This document shows positions 1-11,506 of a DNA stretch of 64,000 nt, in pieces (the first letter of the stretch is position 1; each line of letters opens with the position of its first letter). The stretch comes from Orbicella franksi (Eukaryota). The stretch lies in NCBI GenBank assembly GCA_964199315.1, contig OZ116700.1, positions 15,748,001 to 15,812,000 of the forward strand, read 5' to 3'. Below the pieces are notes generated by a model. It saw only the letters and a list, made by a program, of their open reading frames with translations. It did no database searches and had not been told where the DNA came from. Made by a program: the position numbers and the translations under genes.

Positions 1-80
1 GGGAAATAAAAAATCAATTTGAATTCATCATGGTTGCTTGGTTTCAGCCTTGGCCGCTTTAAAAGTTGAAAGTAATACAG

Positions 81-598
81 GTACGATGGCTATAGTTTGC
101 AGCGTTGGTGGCAAAGAGAGAGTTTTGCTCAAGATGTCAGGTAATTAATTGTTCCACGCAATTGCAGTTGGATTATGTTCTAGATTACTCAGTCTCAAAT
201 GAAACATTACTTTTATTTTGTAATAATTATTGAAACTGTTTTGCCTTTGTTACTCAGTCACTCATGTATGCCTCATAAGCGCATGATGTTTTATTCATAG
301 GCCCACCCACTGTAGCTGAACTGAAGAGAGCTCTGGAGGAGAAACTTACAACATTTCAAGATCACAAGAGAAACTGGTATACAACTTTATTCAACTTTTA
401 TCATGTTATTGTTACACTATAATAATGAGATGTGCTGGAAGTGTGTGACTTCAAAATTAAAATTATATCTTAAATTAGAATGTGAAACATTGAGCACGAT
501 TGATGTTATATTTTACTCTGCTCATGAAATAATTCATGTTTTAAATATAAGTGCATGTTACCAGCTATTTTGTCAAGCTATTCGATTACATTCAATCA

Positions 599-630
<32 letters not shown>

Positions 631-2573
631 TATCAATCCATCACCTTTTTATTGTGCAATATTAATTCATAGGCTCAGACTACAAGAGGAGAGGAGAGGG
701 AACTGAAGAGGCAGCAGGATCTTGACTATGAAGAGTCACTCCAGAATGACAGAGAGAAGGTGTGAAAAACTAGCAGCACTTTGGCACTCCATGATATGAA
801 AAGAACTGTACAATACTTTTTAAATACTGGCTAATTATATCAAGTGATGTTCTAGCACATCTGATTAGTTCCTTATTTGCTTCAGGCAAAAAGGCAGAGG
901 AATACAAAAGCCTGTCAAACAGACGATGGACCAACCCCTGAGGTATCACATTTGATATTAGTAATGCAACAGATAAACTATTCTCTTGTTGCTTCTTGCT
1001 AATTCAAGCCATTGCCATGGTTAATGGCTGTAATGCATGTACCCCTATCATGACCTTACCACTGTAGAAAACAGGCTTGTTGGCTTTTTCTGTACCATGA
1101 AAAATACTTCGAAGGCATTATTTTGGAAGCATAGATGTCCAGCATATATATACACCATCTTTCAAGGTGTTTCTCAAGCCTAAATAAGTTATTAATTAAC
1201 AAATCGTACAAGACAAATTTAGATCCAATAATGAATAATGGGTAATACATTTATAGTCTGTGAATTTGTATTCCAGCCACGACCAGAACCAGATGAGGCC
1301 ACAAATCCACCACCAACAAAGAGGCTGAGATCGGATGAATTGACTCGTATCATCGTTATTTTGCCAGATGGAGAAAGGCACCAGTTGGATATTTCACGGG
1401 AAAGTCCATTGAAGGTGGGTAATGTGAATACTCTGAAGAAATGCAGATTTCGATGCCTTTCATTTACCATTAATATTATAACCCAGATGTATGCACAAGA
1501 CCATCTAATAATAGTATAACCCAGATGTATGCACAAGACCACATAATTTGTTGTTTCTAATGTAGCCTGCATCACTTGGTTTGTTGTTGCCCCTTCAATA
1601 TTGGAAAGTTTTGATGGTGAAATTCATTGTGCCCTTGTCTCAAGGCTCCCCTTTTTATTATATGACACCATGGAGTCATGGATATGCTATTCAAAAATAT
1701 CATCCTAAGGGGCTCAATTTATGATGCTATGGGCAGTTAAGGTGCATGTGAACAATGTTTCCCCAAAAATAGGCCTTTGTATTTGAACAAAACTGTGTCA
1801 TGAGCCATCGAAATGGAAACGGCCATGAGTTTGTAAGTCTCAGGCCCATGTTTCTTGTTATTCAATGCGGCCTAATCTTGAATCACACACTTCCAAGAGA
1901 GACAACTGAAACAATGAACCACTATAATGCAATATACTGAAGTCACTATTGGAAAAACTAAGCAGTAATTAGGGAGTAACTACAAAGTTAAGGATATAGA
2001 GTGGTAAAATCAGAGACTTGCCCATATCCTCATTTAAATTCCCAGACCTAGGCTGATTGGAGAACTATTTTTTTTCACAATTCTCGCCTGTCAGATGCCA
2101 TGATTATTCCCATCATAAAATTAATGACCGCAACTGAACTTTTCAAAATTTCCATTATAAAAGAAGTAATCAGGAAATATCAACTTGACATCAATGTACA
2201 GCAGATGTCTTTCTCAGGTGTTTGCAACTCCAGGAGATGGCTGAAATTTAAGCTGTGTATAATCTCTTCTGGTAAATCAAAGAATATTATCAGTGTGATT
2301 GGGTGGGCACAATCCATTGTCTACTAAAATAATATATTTGTTGTCATGTAAAGCAATTTGGTGAGATACTACTTCTAAGGGCCTCTTATCTCATCTGCTT
2401 GCATTTTAAATTAAACACAGGAGTTGTACCAACAAGTCAGAAATTTGCTACCTGAAGGCTCAACAACCATCTCCCTAACCTATCAAGTTGACAGAAACAT
2501 CTGGAGACTAGTCCCTGACCATGAAACAGTTTCAAATGGAGCCAAATTGTGTCCTGAAGTCCAGTTATGGTGA
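81..2573 (+). CDS. 3' part of a spliced FAF1/FAF2-like UAS-coiled coil-UBX domain gene (exons 81-140, 301-376, 673-759, 886-942, 1277-1414, 2421-2573)
   Basis: All exons are bounded by AG/GT. The joined translation gives ..ELKRQQDLDYEESLQNDREK (FAF-type coiled coil 'RQQQD..Y..SL..DREK') followed by the UBX-like TRIIVILPDGERHQLDISRESPLK|ELYQQVRNLL..., with stop TGA at 2571-2573. One frame break occurs near 700-712. Confidence 0.7.
592..639 (+). repeat. (TCAA)n microsatellite in intron
   Basis: tcaatcaaatcaatcaatcaatc... run read directly; it explains the spurious ORF 403..672 (SINQ repeats). Confidence 0.95.
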
Positions 2574-3439
2574 AGACTTGAATGAAACTGATCCCTGAAA
2601 TGACCATTTTCATTTGAGTCAAGAACCTAGCTCAATGAAGGAAATGCCCGACTTGTTTCTTCAGAGAATGGATATGTGGGAAATGCTGACTCCTGAAATT
2701 CACTTGTGAATGTTTCCAGTTGAGACTTGCAGCACACACTATCTTTAGCCAATTTAAAATGCTGACTCCTGAATCAGTTGAGAACTGCAGCATTCATTGA
2801 AATTACAAGGTTTTTCATTGATTTTAGCATATTTAAAACATGCTTTGGCGTGATTTATCAACCAGGGAAACTCAACAGACTTTTTAAACTTTTCTGCACC
2901 AAGCAAATGGAAAATTAATTCACTCACGTTTTAAGAGATTGGGACCACTGAGTTTTTGATTTCATGCATTTCTATCACTACTTAAATGAAAGTCAAGATC
3001 AGCATTCTTTCAATGAGCAATGATTTGAAGCATATTTCCGTTTTATACAAACTAACTGATCTACTCATAGTTTTCACCTGTAAATCTCGCCAGAGCATAA
3101 GTGTGCCATTATTGACCTTTTTACAATCTTTTTATGCCTGGCAACAATGAGTCAAGTTGGTTACTTGATGATACCCCCTGAGACTTGGAATGCTACTCCT
3201 TATCTATTGGGAAACATTTGGTCACACTACACACAGTTGAGTAGAGTAAGAGAATTCCAATGTACATCTGACCAAAGAAAGCAGGATAATACCCTCTTAG
3301 AAATGAGGGGGGGACCAGGAAACCATTGCCATAATAATGGGTCTGTATTTGTTTAGTATAAGTATATAATTGGTATTGTTTGTCTAACTCCACAAAATAT
3401 ACTAACTGCCTTAGCCTTAGGTATGATTAGCAGTCTTAT

Positions 3440-3730
3440 GGTCCCTTCCACACTACACAAGAGAAATTTGAAAACACATGCAACTTTATTTTTAAGTTAG
3501 GCCTACTGTCCAAAATATAATGTCAGGGAAATGGAACTTTTCTAAAATGCTCTGCTCTACAAACTGGAGGAATTTGAAAATGCCAGTATGAATGAAAAAG
3601 TTTGAAAGTGAAGCTTTTCGAAGATGATGATATCACAAAAACCGTGTGATTTCTCTGCACAAGTTTACCTCAAACACAAGCAATCTCAAATTTCTCTGGT
3701 GTAGTGTGAAGGTCACAGTTTGTATTGAAA
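3440..3730. mobile_element. Degenerate MITE (Harbinger-like anthozoan repeat)
   Basis: Motifs ccacactac..gaaatttgaaaa, ggaggaatttgaaaa, cctcaaacac, gtgtagtgtg resemble a common anthozoan MITE (recognised from memory; not searched). Confidence 0.35.
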
Positions 3731-4511
3731 AGTATTCAAAATTAAAAACGGAAAAACATTGAAAAATATCATACTCTTCCTATAGTTAGGGTGTAGCCCA
3801 AACTACAGCTTAATTTGCAGCTAGCTTTTGATGTGTGGCTTATATAGACTACATACGAAAACATGCCAGGATACTTTTCTGTGAAAATTATCTGTTCTGA
3901 GGAGCGCACACAGGTTTTTGAGAGGACCAATGTGCTCTTTGAGGAACAGATGATGTCCATGGACAAATAGATGCGAATATTTTCCTGCCAAATGAAGGCT
4001 GTTGTGTTTATTGTCTATTGAATATTTTTCACAACACGCTAAGTTTTGAAAATTGGGGAACATCACCTCAGTTTTATCTGGTGTATAATCAGTCACGTGA
4101 CACATTTACACCAACTGCGTGCTAGCTAAAATATCTGATGGATTATAATGCCAGATATTAACTTGTCCTCAAGTGTGTAAGAGGGAAAAGTTGTTAATGT
4201 AAATGGTAAGGGAGGTTAAAGTCTTGTGTAGGATGGGTGTATGATTTTCTGCTTTCAAAAGACAGAGCTGTCCAAAATTGTTTTGCTGTTCTCTTTTGAT
4301 ATAAATTCACCAAATATTGCCTGCTTAATGACATTTTGCAGGGCACAGAAAACAAACTGAATACAGTCAGCAGAAGTATGATTATCATTGAAAGTTTAAT
4401 GTTAGGTCTGATTCGATGAATGTGGATTGGAATAATTCTTATAAAAATCCTTATCTCCCTTAGTTGACAAAACAGAACATAGATTCTGAAAAGAAGTATT
4501 TACAAAAATTG

Positions 4512-5030
4512 GGGTGTCTACAAAACGAAGACCGAAGATCGAAGACCGAAGATCGAAGACCGAAAAACGAAGAGCTCATATAATTTTACGCCTTTAAAAC
4601 TCAAGGCAGTTATAATCATCGATAATCAGGCTTAAGTACTTTATCGGACGCTATCACACGCGAAACCGACGGGGTCTTCGTTTTGTAGTTTAGGCCGGGT
4701 CAAACTACAAAACGAAGACCCTCGCTCAAACGCTCTTTAAGACGCCAAAAGACGCGAAACCGACTGGGTCTTCGTTTTGTAGTTTAGGTTGGGTCAAACT
4801 ACAAAACGAAGACCCTTGCTCAAAAGCTCTTTAAGATGCCAAAAGACGCGAAACCGACGGGGTCTTCGTTTTGTAGTTTAGGCCGGGTCAAACTACAAAA
4901 CGAAGACCCTCGCTCAAACGCTCTTTAAGACACCAAAAGACGCGAAACCGACTGGGTCTTCGTTTTGTAGTTTAGGCCGGGTCAAACTACAAAACGAAGA
5001 CCCTCGCTCAAACGCTCTTTAAGACCCCAA
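4512..5030 (+). repeat. Left TIR: CGAAGA(C/T) micro-repeats, unique segment, then 4 x 94-bp hairpin-containing units
   Basis: CGAAACCGAC recurs at 4661, 4755, 4849, 4943 (period 94). Each unit contains GGGTCTTCGTTTTGTAGTTT-N10-AAACTACAAAACGAAGACCC. Confidence 0.95.
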
Positions 5031-5904
5031 AACTCTTTTCCAAATTTCGATCTCACACGATCAGGCGTTTTCTGTTAGGGGTGGACCATTAGATTTTTGA
5101 TGGGGGGGTTGTGCAAATCCCCAAAAAATATCGATCATATGCTTCTAGTTTAAATAAAATATCATGCACATTTAAGATGGAAAAAAATATTGAGCAGCCG
5201 TAATCAGGGCGCGGGAAAAGTGGCTTTGAGTCATCTTAGTTACCATTGGAAGGAAAAAATGCCTGGTACATGTCAGGGATATATATTTTTGATGACTCGT
5301 TTGTCGCCTCCTTATAAGGTACCTTTCAATTGCGATGCCATCAGATAAAGCTACGTTCTTTTTTGGCGAGGTAGCCTGGCTATTGGCGCGGTAATTTATT
5401 CACATCTGAAACTCGAAAAACTACTTAGCCGTTCTTTTTATCCGCTCAATTTGGACACTTAACGTCTCGTAGAAAAGGTATAGAGATGTAAAGGTGTCCA
5501 AATAATTTATTTTAAACACGAACCTTAAATCCTTTGAGTTTTGATGCCTGGAGTTCCGTTGTGTCTGTTTCCAATCACGTGTAAAGATTTGTTAAAACAC
5601 AGATTTCGAGAAAGTTCGAAGATGTGTCAGTCCAAAAAATCGGGTTTGAACTTGCGTCTTTAAACAACCCTTGCTATGAACGACTTAATTTTTTGTTTAT
5701 CTTTGGGTATTTTAAAGAAAAAATCTCTCGAGATGTATTTAAAGCTAACAAAAACTTGCTCCCCAGCGGAAATCACACCTCCATTAAAAAGTCCAATTTG
5801 AGGACTTTTCATTAGTCGATCTTTTCATTCTTCCAGTGGCGATAACAAAGAACGCTTGATCGTAGGCTGCCGCTTTTTAAAATATGACCTAGCGTTGAAC
5901 AACG

Positions 5905-7680
5905 ATGGCAAATTTTCGGAAGTTTAATCTTCCTCAACTTCTGAGAAGGGATCCTGAACCTCATAATGACGGGATACCGCGGTTTGACTGCAACAAATTG
6001 CTTCTTAAAGATCGTGTTGGCCACAGATCATTTGGCGATGTTTATACTACCGATTACCACGCGCCAGGAAAGGACACATCAGAGACGGTAATTATCAAAA
6101 AAATGTTGAATGCCCTGGATTCAGAAGAAAAGAAAATCTTCTCAAAAGTGGCTCTATTGAATGGCCTAAATCATCGCAATGTTGTTAAATTCATGTCAGT
6201 TTGCCATCAGCCGCCAGCCATAATGCTGGAGTACGTGTATTTTGACTTTAAACTCTTCGGTCCAGAGGTACGTGTTAGCGCACTCTCTGATTTCCTTTTA
6301 AAGATAAATGAGCACAACTGCGCCGGATTTCATGAAGTTGTTAATCATGCAGCTACGGAGATAATCGGTGGCCTAGCTTACCTTCACGGCAAAGGGATAG
6401 CCCACAGAGACCTAAAAACAGCGAACATTTTAGTAAGTAATCAACATTACAGCTCGTTGTCTGTGGATACAGAAGAATTCCAGCAGATTTATCAAGCAAG
6501 GCCTATTGCCTGCAAGCTCACTGATTTCAGTGAAAGTAGATCTCTCTTCATTCAAACCCAGGCAGTCCTTTCAACTAAGACCACCACCATTGATCGGGGG
6601 ACAGTGGTTTATATGGCACCAGAGCTTCTGGTGAAAGAGAACATCATACCGAGTGCGTCCATTGCCGATCTCATGCTGGCAGACATTTGGGCCCTAGGCA
6701 TGATAATTTTTTCGATGCTTAACCCCAGCCTTAAAACCCCCTACATCATGGAAGTGCGATCTGAAGGAGGTGTAAGCAGTCAAGAAAAGTTGAAAGAATT
6801 CATCGTCTCTCTTTTACAGAAACAAAAGCTTCCATTACAAGACGAAAAATACGCCATTGATCGTGCTACAGTTTGGTGCGAGTTAGAGAAAGTTTACAGG
6901 GGTTGCACTAATTTTGCCCGAAAGGAAAGATTGCCCCTGCAAGAGGCAGCCCAGATTTTAGCAAGGAGACAAGATAGATTCTCGAGGGACATGCAGGTTG
7001 TTAACCTAAGGGTTAGCCAGGCAACTGCTCTTGAAGAGTTTGATCAAAGGTTAGCCGGCAAACTCGAAGGAGATGTAGAGTCCTTACAGTCGGAGATAAT
7101 GCCAGTGAATGATGCGACGAACACGTGTGCTTTCCTCTCGATTGGTATTGCAGAAAGCATCTTATATGAATCAGAAATGGAGGAATTTTTTGAAAATTTA
7201 CCAAAAGCCGTGGAGTTGACCATTTTGTCTTTACCAGAGAGAATAAATGAGCACCGCGACCTGGGAAAAACCTACGATGCCCTAGAAGCATATGAAATTC
7301 TTAAGCAACAGCAGATTATCAAATACCTGTTGGAATTCTCCGAGAAACTGCCCTATGCAGACGGGGTATTTACTTATGAAGGAAGAGAAAACCTTTTCAC
7401 GAAACTTTGTGTTCTTGGTACTGAGCGCTTCATTGCAATTTATGCAAGTGATCCATTTGTACTGACCATTGGTTGTCATAACAGCAAACCCTTTGTCATC
7501 GACACGCATCCAGTTGCACCCCCCTTCGGAAATGGAAATGGCCTCGTTCTTAGAGGAAATGAAAACACCCCTGAGGTTTGGATGTCTATCTGTGTGTGGC
7601 TTTGGCAGAGACTTTACCATGGCGGAGTGAATCCAACCACAGCTCAATCATTAGCAGTCGTTACACTGGATGCAAAGTAA
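5905..7680 (+). CDS. Protein kinase domain fused to a C-terminal putative papain-fold (C76/herpes tegument USP-like) peptidase; transposon cargo
   Basis: 591-aa ORF. Kinase motifs GHRSFGDVY, VIIKK, HRDLKTANIL, KLTDFSE, YMAPE, DIWALG. C-terminus has TNTCAFL (Cys codon 7126-7128) and FVIDTHP (D 7501, H 7507). The stop TAA lies inside a GTAAGT donor-like motif (7677-7682). Confidence 0.85.
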   Translation: MANFRKFNLPQLLRRDPEPHNDGIPRFDCNKLLLKDRVGHRSFGDVYTTDYHAPGKDTSETVIIKKMLNALDSEEKKIFSKVALLNGLNHRNVVKFMSVCHQPPAIMLEYVYFDFKLFGPEVRVSALSDFLLKINEHNCAGFHEVVNHAATEIIGGLAYLHGKGIAHRDLKTANILVSNQHYSSLSVDTEEFQQIYQARPIACKLTDFSESRSLFIQTQAVLSTKTTTIDRGTVVYMAPELLVKENIIPSASIADLMLADIWALGMIIFSMLNPSLKTPYIMEVRSEGGVSSQEKLKEFIVSLLQKQKLPLQDEKYAIDRATVWCELEKVYRGCTNFARKERLPLQEAAQILARRQDRFSRDMQVVNLRVSQATALEEFDQRLAGKLEGDVESLQSEIMPVNDATNTCAFLSIGIAESILYESEMEEFFENLPKAVELTILSLPERINEHRDLGKTYDALEAYEILKQQQIIKYLLEFSEKLPYADGVFTYEGRENLFTKLCVLGTERFIAIYASDPFVLTIGCHNSKPFVIDTHPVAPPFGNGNGLVLRGNENTPEVWMSICVWLWQRLYHGGVNPTTAQSLAVVTLDAK

Positions 7681-8039
7681 GTGTACTCATTATTAATCTC
7701 TTGCAGAAACCCATAAGGGTTGAAATGTGTAACTCCCTATAATTCGTATTGTACAAAGCGTTTACACATTTGTTGCCATTTATAGTACCATATTTGGAGT
7801 ATCAGGAAAAAAAATTCAATTTTTTTTTTAAATTCACAGCGCGCGCTAGGCTGCGCTTAATGGCGCAATCTTGTTTAGTCTTGTTTTTGAATAAGCTTGG
7901 TTGTATAAAGTTAAATTCGGTTAAATTCTTCTGTTTCGTTGCCATTCAATAGTCTAGAAAACTTATCTTGGATACACTTAATGAGTTCTCTTTTTCGGTT
8001 AATTTACAGTGTTCAGGTGGAAATTCAAGTAACTTACCG

Positions 8040-8297
8040 CGAAACCGAAAATGTTGTTGCGTGTGAAGAACCACGAGCCGCTAGGTGAGTGGATCTACAA
8101 CAAACTTTGACAATATTAGGACGCAAATTTGTGGTATGATTCTCGCCTTATCAAGATTGCAGCGCTGAACCAGTGCTGATATGTTTGACAAAACTTTCGC
8201 TGATTTCGTCAGCTTTCAAATTTCATCCGTCTGTACTCTTATTGACAATAAAAATTAGCCAATTAGCGGGCGAGAAATCGCTCAGTAATTGTAAAAA
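8040..8297. mobile_element. Anthozoan MITE fragment inside the MULE
   Basis: Recognised motifs ccacgagcc..gagtggatctacaacaaactttgacaat and ttattgacaataaaaattagccaat..gcgagaaat..ttgtaaaa. Confidence 0.5.
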
Positions 8298-8566
8298 AAG
8301 TATTCGTGTACAAACTCTTCGTGTTTCCAAATATGGTATTTGGCAAAACTGAATATTCCAACACTGTGAGCGCACGCTACACATTTCAATCCCTTATGTG
8401 CTTTTGTCTCTTGCAAATGACGTTAACTTGTTGTGTTCGACGACAGGAGAAGGCAACCTTAATCTTGTGTAGCTAAGAAAAATCGAGATTTTGTGTGTTC
8501 TGCATTTGCCTCGCTTTCGTTTGGACGCAAATTTGCCTCGCTTTTGTTATTGGCGTGATACCTTAC

Positions 8567-8770
8567 ATGGATTTCCATCACACCACCATTGTCGACAGGG
8601 TGAGGGATTACCACAAGAGACTCCTCCTTGAGGCTTGGCTCTATAGGGGAGACTCAACGTGGTCAATTTCATAATATGGGCGTTGGTCTGACAAACTTCT
8701 AATTTATACTTCATTTGTAAAGTTTTTCTGAACCAGTTGCTGAAGAAGTGTACCCTACTGCACATAACCA
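8567..8770 (+). mobile_element. Penelope-like element 3' fragment (GIY-YIG C-terminus plus tail)
   Basis: Translates MDFHHTTIVDRVRDYHKRLLLEAW, similar to the PLE 'D...T.I.D....Y.KRL.LEAW' segment, followed by the CTGAAGAAG motif (~8740). Confidence 0.6.
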
Positions 8771-8922
8771 GGATAGAAGGGTAAGGAGTAATGCTTAAGT
8801 TTTAGAATATAAGCAGGAAGAAAAAATGTATTTAGTATAGCAACATATGATAAAGTCATTCATTGGTGTAAGGCTTCCAAGTTCTACGCTCGCCCTCCTT
8901 AACTTTTTGGCCTTCATTTCAG

Positions 8923-10572
8923 CGAAAGAACCAAAAAGGCATTGGTGACAGTTCTCGCATGAACGCAGAGCAAAGCAAAACACACGGAGAAAAGGAAAGA
9001 AATGCAGGACTACTAGACAAAGCAAAGGTACGACTCAACATCCTGAATATCTGGGTTACTGTTTAGTAGAGCAATAAATAAATGTTGATGCGAAAGACCT
9101 CCACAGTACCAAATACCAATGGAGATCTTAGTGACATTTCTTCCCTTCTTTCCAGCAAACCGAACGTCCCCGTACGGATGAAGAGAGCATAAAAAAGCAC
9201 CGTCAGAAAACTGCACGCGGAGAAAAGGTACGTTTAAACACTAAGATCGTCTTGAGTATTCATCAACTTTGACATCAGATGGTTTGCGGAATTAACTATG
9301 CACATAGTGCAATGGTCGTTGTATAGCGCCTGTAGGCTTGTTTAATCAAGTATGGCCGTAAAATTATTAAAAAACACCGTCCGCCCTACGCCCCACATGA
9401 CTTTTCATCAAAGCATTTCTTCCCTTCTTTCCAGCAAACCGAACAGCGTCCCCATACGGATGAAGAGAGCGTAAAAAAGCACCATCAGAAAACTGGACGC
9501 GGCGAAAAGGTACGTTTAAACACTAAGATCGTCTTGAGTATTCATCAACTTTGACATCAGATGGGTCGCGGAATTGACTATGCGCATAGTGCAATGTTCG
9601 TTGTATAGCGCCTGCATGCTTGTTTAATCGAGTATGGCTGTAAAATTATTAAAACATACCGTCCGCCCCACGCCCCACCCCAAAAAAAGACGAACGAAAG
9701 CCCCACATAATTGTCTCTCCCGGATATTATTTCAAGGGTTGTCATTCCTGATTATATAGCCCTTATTTTTCATTAGAATATAGAGTAAGACTTCTGATGG
9801 TCATTTATCGACGGAGTGATAAGATCATGTTGTCTCATTTTATGCTCATGAATACAAACATTTATGACACATCGATTCCCATCTATATGTACGAAGCCCA
9901 TCCTGAAATAAAAAAAAATACTCCTGAAAGAGGATAGAAGTTTATGGGTTAACCTCAGGAATGTCCTTCAGCCTTTGCGCCTGTTGTCCGTGTTTCTGTA
10001 CAGTTAAAGCTAGATATTCCCGTACTTTATTAATGTTTTCTTTTTCAGCCAAAAAAACACAATGACACTGGCGATTGTACTGATATGAATAATGGCAGTG
10101 AAACAGAGGAGGAGCAAACGTGTTCGCAAAGAAATGAGGTACAACAGTTAGCGTATTAGGAGTATTTGTTAAGTAGAACAATAGACATGAAATCTGTAAT
10201 GTAAAATACAAGAAAAACAAGGAATGAAATTTGAACGAGTATACACTGCTAGTTGATTTTACCAAGCTGTTGTCGCTTAGGAGTCATCCACACAGTTTAT
10301 CCAATAGAGAAGTTTATCCTAGTGAGCACGTAAAGGCTGATATGATTTTCGCAATGAAAATATCGATGTATTTAAGATTTGGCTTTATTTGTTGGAAAAG
10401 GTATTACTGGCCTATAGTCCTAACTTCGAACATTTTTTACTGTCTTTGCGCTTAGGAGCAATGTAACGATGAAGTGCTTGTGTGCACGGATGATGCTCCG
10501 GTGTTACCCCAAGTTTCAGGTCTCAGTGACTCTGATAGCAGTAATGATGACTTGTTGTGCATCTTATATAAG
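8923..10572 (+). CDS. Five phase-0 internal exons (8923-9027, 9156-9227, 9435-9509, 10049-10138, 10456-10572) encoding a charged linker upstream of the transposase
   Basis: Each has a polypyrimidine-AG acceptor and a GT donor, length divisible by 3 (105, 72, 75, 90, 117 nt) and no stops: RKNQKG..DKAK, QTERP..RGEK, QTEQRP..RGEK, PKKHND..QRNE, EQCNDE..ILYK. Confidence 0.7.
9134..9680 (+). repeat. ~280-bp tandem duplication of an exon plus intron
   Basis: catttcttcccttctttccagcaaaccgaac...cgccccac occurs twice (~9134-9397 and ~9414-9678). Confidence 0.9.
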
Positions 10573-10642
10573 GTAGGCGAAATTCAATCGGGATCTTTTT
10601 TGTATTTAATATACTACAATTTCGTTATTTCGAAAGTGTTAT

Positions 10643-11115
10643 CCCTCGGACGTATAAGCAATTTCCCACCACTACGGCGGTAGGGGATGGTGGTGGGGGG
10701 AAATGATGTACCGCAGTTTCATTCTATTATTGAACAGCTTACTCTACAAGAGGACATCATTTGTGGTGGATGTGACGTCATATATACCTAGGTTCCCCCC
10801 CCCAACCCACTTAGATATGCAATCTTAGATTTGCACTGTTTTCTAAGAAAGTCTGGAAATGACGGACATCGAAAAATGCCAGAAGACTTGTGCAAGGTGG
10901 AATTATGTTGTTTTTTCCCTTGACATGCTGCTAATTATCAAGTCACGGGAACGTCAAACATCGCGGACACATAGCTGACATAATTTCCGCAAGGGATTAA
11001 TTAGCAGCTGCTCAATGTTTTGCATTCATTAAGCGAAATTCCTTATTCAAAACTACTGAAAACTACCTCGAGAAGGGTGGCATCCACCAGCCCCCCTCCA
11101 TTGTGCATCCGGAGG
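10643..11115. mobile_element. piggyBac-like MITE in the last intron, flanked by TTAT on both sides
   Basis: TTAT|CCCTCGGACG ... CATCCGGAGG|TTAT; imperfect short TIRs of a known anthozoan MITE type that normally sits in TTAA. Confidence 0.5.
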
Positions 11116-11506
11116 TTATGTCGGGGATTAAAAGATGTATCTCCTAGGCAGAGCTCTTATCAAATTGACATAGTGAATATATGGAAGACATGAACAGAAC
11201 TGCGGATTAAGAAATAAATGAATGAAGTGAACCTCATTCATTTCGTCGAACCTGTTAGGAAAAACTGCAAGTGTATGCAAGCAGACACTCACGTGGAGAG
11301 GATTTTTGAAACCTTGAAAACTAATTAATAAGGACGTTTTTCTTATTTTTATGTTAGTAAAAACATAAGCCGGGTTCTGCAAGAATTACCTTTAAACAGA
11401 TACAATTTTGACTTTATACTGCACAGTAAAAACAGGACGTATTTTGTAAATCACTTTCCGGCAGTAACTTTGTTTGACTATGTATTGTCCTTCTATACAT
11501 TTGCAG

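Noticed and set aside
403-672. 89-aa ORF
   Set aside because: Intronic; driven by the TCAA microsatellite.
1477-1541. 27-bp direct repeat with 38-bp period
   Set aside because: Simple intronic slippage duplication with no further structure.
4655-5030. CRISPR-like look of the palindromic 94-bp arrays (also 16083-16625)
   Set aside because: The spacers are near-identical rather than unique, there are no cas genes, the context is eukaryotic, and the arrays are mirrored as transposon TIRs.
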